DNA of 64,000 nt from assembly GCF_009914755.1 (NCBI RefSeq), contig NC_060933.1; one strand, given 5' to 3'. A model generated the notes under the pieces. It did no database searches. It was not told the DNA's origin and worked only from the letters and a program-made list of their open reading frames with translations. The stretch's first letter is position 1. The number at the start of each line of letters is the position of its first letter. This stretch comes from the human T2T-CHM13v2.0 reference genome, Homo sapiens. This document shows positions 57,000 to 64,000 of the stretch, in pieces. The position numbers and the translations under genes are program-made.

Positions 57000-59900
57000 A
57001 GTTCTTTTTAAATAAGATGTGTTCTTTGTTGTATTGATAGTATGGCTGATGAGGTTACAGAAGATTGTAAGTATAGATACATGTAGATATTAATGCCTTG
57101 ATATAAATCTATTACTGATATATACACACATATATTATATATATATTTAGAAAAAACTTGTTAACATTAAAATGTTTTACCAATATTATTAGTGCTAATA
57201 AGCAACCACCATATGACAGATTCCATATTAAATGGTAAAAATATGAGCATAAATAAGGACAAGTCTCATATATGGTTCTCGACCTTAAAAAAATTAAAAT
57301 CTAAATGAATATAAACCATATGCAGGAGAGCTAGGAAGAAACACAAGGTGAATGTGACTCAGAGTGAGGATGGGTAAAGAACTCTTATTTGTATGGACTT
57401 GAGAGAGAAGGTCTGTGTGGTGGATAAAATCTGCAGAGATTTATATGAGGGTAGAAACTGTACACTTAAAACATTCAGTTACCAAATTAACAAAAACATA
57501 AAGTCTGGGACAAATGAAAGCTGGATTGTTTCAGAGCCTAGAAGTAAATTCTAGCAATCTGACCTTACCAAACCAAGACCCAAACTGGCGTCCTGCCCAA
57601 TCCTCTCTGAAATTTGGAACTGGACTTTCTGCAGGCTGGCTTTCAACATGGAATCAAGCTTTGGTTAGGTCCCCACCCAGCTGGAAGCACAGATGTAACA
57701 GTGGTCAAAAGATTCTTCTGAGACTGACACATCAGATTTCTTTGAGAATTCAGGAAAGCTACATGAAAAGGCTTTCCAATTCATTGCATCTTTGAGTCTG
57801 TGCTGCTGCTTCCCATGACATGGGAGAGAATGGATTTTGTGATTCAGATCATTTTGCAGGCTAAGAGTTTGAAACCCATAACAGATGGATGATTAGTGAT
57901 TTATTTCAGGAAGGCTTCCATTTCAATCTTGCATCCCAGTCTTCCATCCCAGAAGTACACATTAGCACCCTTGGAGCAATCATTGAAAAAAGTACTTACA
58001 ACTGTCAAATTATCTTCATAATAACATGGCACAGTTTATATGACTGGTTGCTTATGAACTACTGAAACCTCTCTTAAAATGGCCATTGTGGACTATTTAA
58101 AAATTTTGGTTTTACCACATTCATTCCTTCAGTTGTTTAATAGCCATCAAATAATAGTGAAGAATTCAGTGAAGACAGTGCAGAAGAAGTTTACAGAGAT
58201 GCTCAACATCCTTGGCTTTTTTATGGATACAAACTCTGGCATGTGTATATAATAAGTGAGCAGCTTATAGCATTTTGCATATAGATAGCAGTGCTATTAC
58301 TTGTTTATATATTTCTTTCTCTTGATAGTGTGAGGGCTCCTTAAGGAGGGCATATGTTTTCTTCATTTCTTTAGCCCAAACAGTCCATAGATATCAAACC
58401 TGCTGGCAATTTATAAATGATTATTGGTGAGTGAATGAGCATACAATGTATAGATTTCTTAATGGTTCCAGTGATGACTTTCAGGTAGGTCTCTAGCTGA
58501 ATTTTTCTTTTCATTGTCAAACAATATGCCGGCCAAAATGCATTCATTACTGCCACATTGATATTAGCTTTTGCTCAGAAAGATCAAAGAAATGATTTGA
58601 TTACCTCTTATTGCACCATGGCATTATCTGTTTAATTTTGATGCTCTGGGTTTTATTTTTGTTTTCTTTTGGGTATTTTCTTTTCAGGCTGTTTTAAATT
58701 TTTTCTGTAATTTTTCTATTTTTCAAATGCATTATTCAGAGCTGTGTTTCCCTTGAATAAAAACAATATTTGAAATGACCTTCAGATTTTACAAAAATGG
58801 TATGCTTCAAATAACACTTAATTTCATATAATAATTTGTTGTATCTAATTTTCACTTATTTGTTCTTATAAATCCACCTTAATATTAATGATGATCTCTC
58901 AGTCACTAATAATATAAATTCATGAAGACCATTGAGCAAAGGATATTTGTCTTAATAATGATGTATACGTGCATGTTTTTCTGTGGGACAAGAGAGTGGA
59001 ATAGAAGGAAGAAGGCAAACAAATTCAGAGTATTTTTCTTACTGTATGTTGAAAAAATTTAAAATATACTTTTCCATATTTATCTCCTTTTTACTGTATC
59101 CTTACTTAAGATGTAATTCAATTCATAATAATTATATGATGTGTCAAGCTCATTTAAAAAATATGTTAAAATTGCTAAATAAACAGTGGCATAGGCACAC
59201 AAAGACACACAAACATACTCACACACACTAGCAATAAAACCATAGCTTAAGCCAGCAGGATATTTAAAAATAGGGGCAAAAGAGAGTGCTCTTATAAGTT
59301 GCTCATCCTCTCATACATCGTGTTGCTATATTCGTTGTTTTGTCTAGTAAGGAAGATCATTCTGACAGCTATAACTTGTTAATGTTTCTCTATAAAATAT
59401 GATGAGAAATATTATAGATATTCTTATGATCTGTTTGACATTTTAAGAGTATTATTTATACAATATTGAAAGAATGAGGACACAGTAGTCACATGTTCTT
59501 TATTCTTCAAAATTAGTCATCCTCAATTACCTCCATGGCAGCATTTCTCATTTGGCTTTGTTTAGAGAGGTAAAATCTCTCACGCCCTTACATTCAAGTG
59601 CCTAAAAGCACAATTGGGAAATAGGATGCTAAGAGACATGAGGTGATATTTATTGACAAAGGGGATGACAGTTTTATACAATGGTTAATACTGACATAAT
59701 ACATAAATTTTTTAAAATTATACACCAGTTAGAAACAAGTGCTCCATTTTAACTTCAGGTTCTAAATAACATTGTAAGACACCACGTTTTATTTACTAAC
59801 TAAGCTTTGCCCAGGAATAACGCTTTTTAAAGTTCACTGAGTAAAGGGAAAAAATGTAATATCTATTACTAGCCTAATGCCAGTTCATAAATAGGGTAGA

Positions 59901-60069
59901 GAAAAGTGGAAACCTCCCTGGAATCATTGTACATAGTCATGCAGGACCACTTTTAGTTATCTATGTCCTTCTTATTTTTACTTTTGCCTCTATCATATAC
60001 CATGTAATTGTCTTTAAAGTGTGACTACAACTCTAGCTTCCATTTTACTCACAGCTGCTAAAGACAGCT

Positions 60070-60180
60070 ATTTATTTATTCAGTGCGTATCTGCTGTGTG
60101 CTTACTGTGCAGTCCCGGGACTGCAATACAACTGTAAAGATGAGGAACAAGTTCCCACCGTTATGAATTTTACAGACTAA
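60070..60180 (-). mobile_element. L2 3' end fragment
   Basis: TTTATTTATTCAG...GTGCTTACTGTG...CAAGTTCCCACCGTTATGAATTTTACAGACTA. Confidence 0.55.
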
Positions 60181-61319
60181 ATGTAGACAGCGAAATGTCC
60201 AAATAAAATGCAAGATATAAGTGGCAGCATCTTTAAATATGGAAAAGTAGATTTGCTTTTCTTTTCCTTTGAGTGGCTAATTTGCACACCTGCAGCCTCT
60301 GGACTGACACACTCTGCCTCGTGAACTTCTGCCCGTCTCAGGAGTAATTTACTCTGTGGATTTGTTCCCCCAGAGAGACGAGACTCAAACACATACTGAT
60401 TCATTTTTGAAAACTTTGACTGAAGATGTAAACGATTCTAGCTTTATTTGCTTTTAGGTAGAAGTTTAATATTTCAGAGGCTACAGATTAGAGAAAATCA
60501 AGTTTTAAACGATCCAAAAGTGTTAAACTTGATCAAGTGCTCTGAAAAGACAGCATAACACATGAACTTCATTGAAAGGTTGTGAACCTATTACCATCTT
60601 CAATTTGAATGTTAGTTTGGTGTTTGATAGTGTGAAAAAACAAATGTCCAGTGACTTAAGCTCAGAACAGCACTGCTGTGTCACCAAAACTCTATCCCAG
60701 AGGGGAGGGAGCTTTGAAAACAATGTACACATACATTAAAAACAGATTTATTTTTTTAAAAGCAGCCAATGTGGTGAAAATATTTTTTTTCTTTCACAAT
60801 GTATATAGTTTTAAACTCTATTTACCCATATACTTATTACATCCATTAGAGTTTAATGTGGAGAAACAAGCTGAGCAGAAATGTGAGCTCACGTTAAAGG
60901 GCCTGGAAGTGTTACAGAAAAACATTTTCAGAAGGGATTTCCTTTCTATGTCATTAAGAACAGAAAGGCTGGACCACTTCAGTGTATAAAGAGTTAAATT
61001 GTGTGTGGGGGAGGGGTGTGTGTGTACACACAGGAGAAGGAGGTACAGGTTAGGAGAAATGGTAATGCCAATTCCTCAAAAACATTTTCACTTTTGCTAT
61101 AAGATTCGCTATTTGAATATGCTTGTTTAACTACTCCTAAGAGAAATCTTGTTCCTAGCCAAGAAAGGTAATGTCATATCAACATAAATATTCAGCCATA
61201 CATAGAATTTGCTGATCTGGTAATCAGGGACAAGGATACTGGTTAGATATAACAGTATCTGTTACTGTTACTATTTCTGTTACTGTCTTCCTAAGACATA
61301 TCAAGATAATTGCTTTTTG

Positions 61320-61490
61320 TGCTTCAGTAAGATTCTATGCATACTATTTCACTTGCTGCATTATTTTATAACTACATATTTTTGTATGTATCTCTCTGCT
61401 TAAGGACAGGGAATCTTATTTGTGTTTCCATTCCCGGCCCGTACCTCAGTGCTTGGCTAAAGATTAGCACACAAACAATGTGGACTCAAA
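61320..61490 (+). mobile_element. L2 3' end fragment
   Basis: GCTTAAGGACAGGGAATCTTA...GTACCTCAGTGCTTGGC...AGCACACAAACAATG. Confidence 0.5.
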
Positions 61491-62299
61491 AATGGGTATG
61501 CTTACTGGCAGGTCAGGCTCCTCTATGACTCTTCAAGTTGTAAGATTCTTTCTTTAAAAACATTTAAAATAGAATTTGCATATTAAAGGACAGGAATTAA
61601 TTATTAATTATTTGCCTAAGAAACAGCATTTGGATGGCATGAATCTAATGGAATCAGTAATATCCATGCATCTGTTGAAAACCAATCAACCCGTTTAAGA
61701 TTTCAAATTACGATCTGAAATGTGAAAATGATTGGTAGATTATCAAACTCACTGGGCTGGACAGAGCAATATGTCAGCACCTTTGCCCACGTCCACAGCC
61801 TGAAAGCTTTTGAAGGTAAGCAGCGCCGTCATCATTTTGGCATTCTATTTTAGTCTAAGCCTACATCAGAAGCCTGCCAGGGCTCAGTGCTGATAACAAA
61901 GCACTATCGCTTTTCAAAGTGACAGAGCACAGTGACATATCAACACTAAGACTTAAACGAAAAGCCCCTTCTCATTTAACTGGGAATCTGCTGAAGCTGT
62001 ATTCAGCCCAGCACTCGTTTTCAATTAAAACTTTCTTGTCGCAAGAGAAAAGTTTGGCATATCCTTTTCAACGACAGTTATGGAAGTGAGTGGAAAGGGT
62101 AGTGTAGTGTAGAGTATAGATGGTCCAGGAACAGCTAAGTACGTATCAGCCTTTTTCATCTACTAATTGCAGTACCTATGGTTCAACAAAAGTTTTACCT
62201 AATGACTCATGTTGCTGAAAGTCCTTCCTCTCAATACCACTGCTTTTCCAGGAATGCTACTCACACACAGCATATAAGGCAGTAAAGGGGACATGATGC

Positions 62300-62535
62300 A
62301 TCAATAACTGAGTACCTGCTATGTGCCAGCTACTATGAGTAAGAAGGTGGAGGGTTCTTACCTGTGCTATTTCATGAAATTCCTACCAAGGTGTATGATA
62401 TAAATAAGATTCTTTTCATTTTTTTTATTTTTATAGAAAAAAACGAAGTTTTAACGAACTTCTGTACAGTCATACATCTTTTAAGTAGTGGAGTTGGAAT
62501 ATGAATGTGCATCCATGTCGTTAGTCCAGTTGCTA
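62300..62535 (-). mobile_element. MIR
   Basis: ACTGAGTACCTGCTATGTGCCAG...AGTCATACATCTTTTAAGTAGTGGAGTTGGAATATGAA. Confidence 0.6.
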
Positions 62536-64000
62536 TAATTTTAAAGTGGAGAATTATGGGTAACATCAACACAGTGACATCATCATACTTTTCTTTTTAA
62601 ATGTTATGGCACATTCAACAGCACATTTTCTTATCGTGGAGTTCCTGAAAAAGACTTAGTCCATAGTCTAATTTTGCTCTTAAAACCAGTTCAGGACAAT
62701 TCAGCAAAACAAATTTCAAATACAAATCTATCACACATCTTAGAATCTGTTTTTGAGAACTTTATTTGGGTGCCTGTTCTTAGACTAAGGCATAGTTCAA
62801 TAGAATTCCCAGTGAATTTACTGTAAAGATATGGCTAAGGGTGTTGTTTAGATATCACCTAATAGCTTTATGAAGCCCTAAGACAGATGTTTCTCACAAA
62901 CCTCACTGTTAAAAATAATTCTGCAGCTTAAAAGTAACTGATATTAAAAACTTTGTATCTCACAGATACCACCCATTATATAACTAAGCTTTTACCCTTT
63001 GTGTTCAGTCACTAATAATCTCAGGGCCAAATTCATTTACATTTTAATGAGCTTATTAATTTTTTTCATATTTAAATTTATACTTAGATTGGTTTTAATA
63101 TTTTTCTTTCTCTGTACCTTTGTATCCTTATCCTCATTCGTTCTATGTTACTATGCATATTTTTACAATCTCCCCTACTACTTTTGGGAGTGGGATAAAC
63201 TATTAGTAACAAACTAAACAGAATCTGGACTGGAGTCAGACAAAGGGTGTAGGCCAGACTTCTTGGTACACTTTCTATACCACTAGATCAAATCAGAGCA
63301 TCTTTCAAAGTATTTCCTCATATTTCGCAGTGGTGTTTCAAATCACTAAACTGAAACATTGTGTTTTTCTTTAGATTGCTAGCAGTGAAAGAATAGACTT
63401 TCTTACTTCAGGGGATAAAAACCCTCACTACTGTTGATAAAAAATAATTTTAGTCACACACACAAGCACAGCACCAGTTAAAATTTTCAAAGGAGTATTT
63501 CCCTTTAGGGATAAAAACAAGTTTCTGGCAATTTGTCTCCGAGACAACCATTAAGCATAAAAAGTGTTTTACATATATATGTATATATTTAGTAGAGCTT
63601 ATGTTCCTCCCTTAGAACACATTTTTCTTCAAAAAGTATTTTAGTGGATTGGCTCTACATCAAATCTCTGTCGTCTTTAAAATGGCATGAGTCAGTCTGC
63701 CATCCTTTGATTGATCAAAACTTGGACCAAAGAAGGGCAGCCATATGGCACCCAACTCAGTAATGCTATGCTGCATACTGCAGAATCTGGAATCAGCAAA
63801 TGCCAAGAAGCAGAATGCATAGTGATGTATGAATTAATGCAGGCAGACAGGAATAAAAATATTGATGCATTTTTAAATCGATATTGATACATATACGTCA
63901 ATGAATAGTTACCAAATTATTTTTACTTCCCAACAAATGCTCTAATGAAAGACTATGAAAAAGGCTTTGGTTCAAAAAAGGAGTCAAGTAGAACTGAACC

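Noticed and set aside
57514-57795. 93-aa ORF in unique sequence
   Set aside because: No recognisable domain and no supporting promoter or splice context; length is within chance expectation
57811-57825. Palindrome TCCCATGACATGGGA as a possible miRNA or terminator hairpin
   Set aside because: A 7-bp stem with a 1-nt loop is too short and is expected by chance in 64 kb

Overview
This is AT-rich, CpG-poor primate (human-like) genomic DNA that reads as intergenic or deep intronic. I cannot support any protein-coding gene, RNA gene or CRISPR array here. The listed ORFs come from Alu, L1, LTR or low-complexity sequence, or are chance ORFs. A large share of the window is recognisable transposon debris: seven Alus (AluS and AluY), many L1 pieces, L2/MIR relics, several solo LTRs and DNA transposons (Tigger1, an ORSL-like hAT, MER5, MER94). 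The clearest structure is an apparently end-to-end ancient L1MB-type element (about 13.8-22.5 kb) with remnant target-site duplications. It hosts a Tigger1, which itself carries an AluY, and an ERV1 solo LTR with intact promoter motifs. Repeat-free islands hold candidate enhancers and a few well-formed splice-site pairs that may be lncRNA or UTR exons. Subfamily names come from my recall of consensus sequences, and boundaries of old elements are approximate; both need RepeatMasker/Dfam confirmation. I found no evidence of a novel biological system, so the findings are modest, testable leads.
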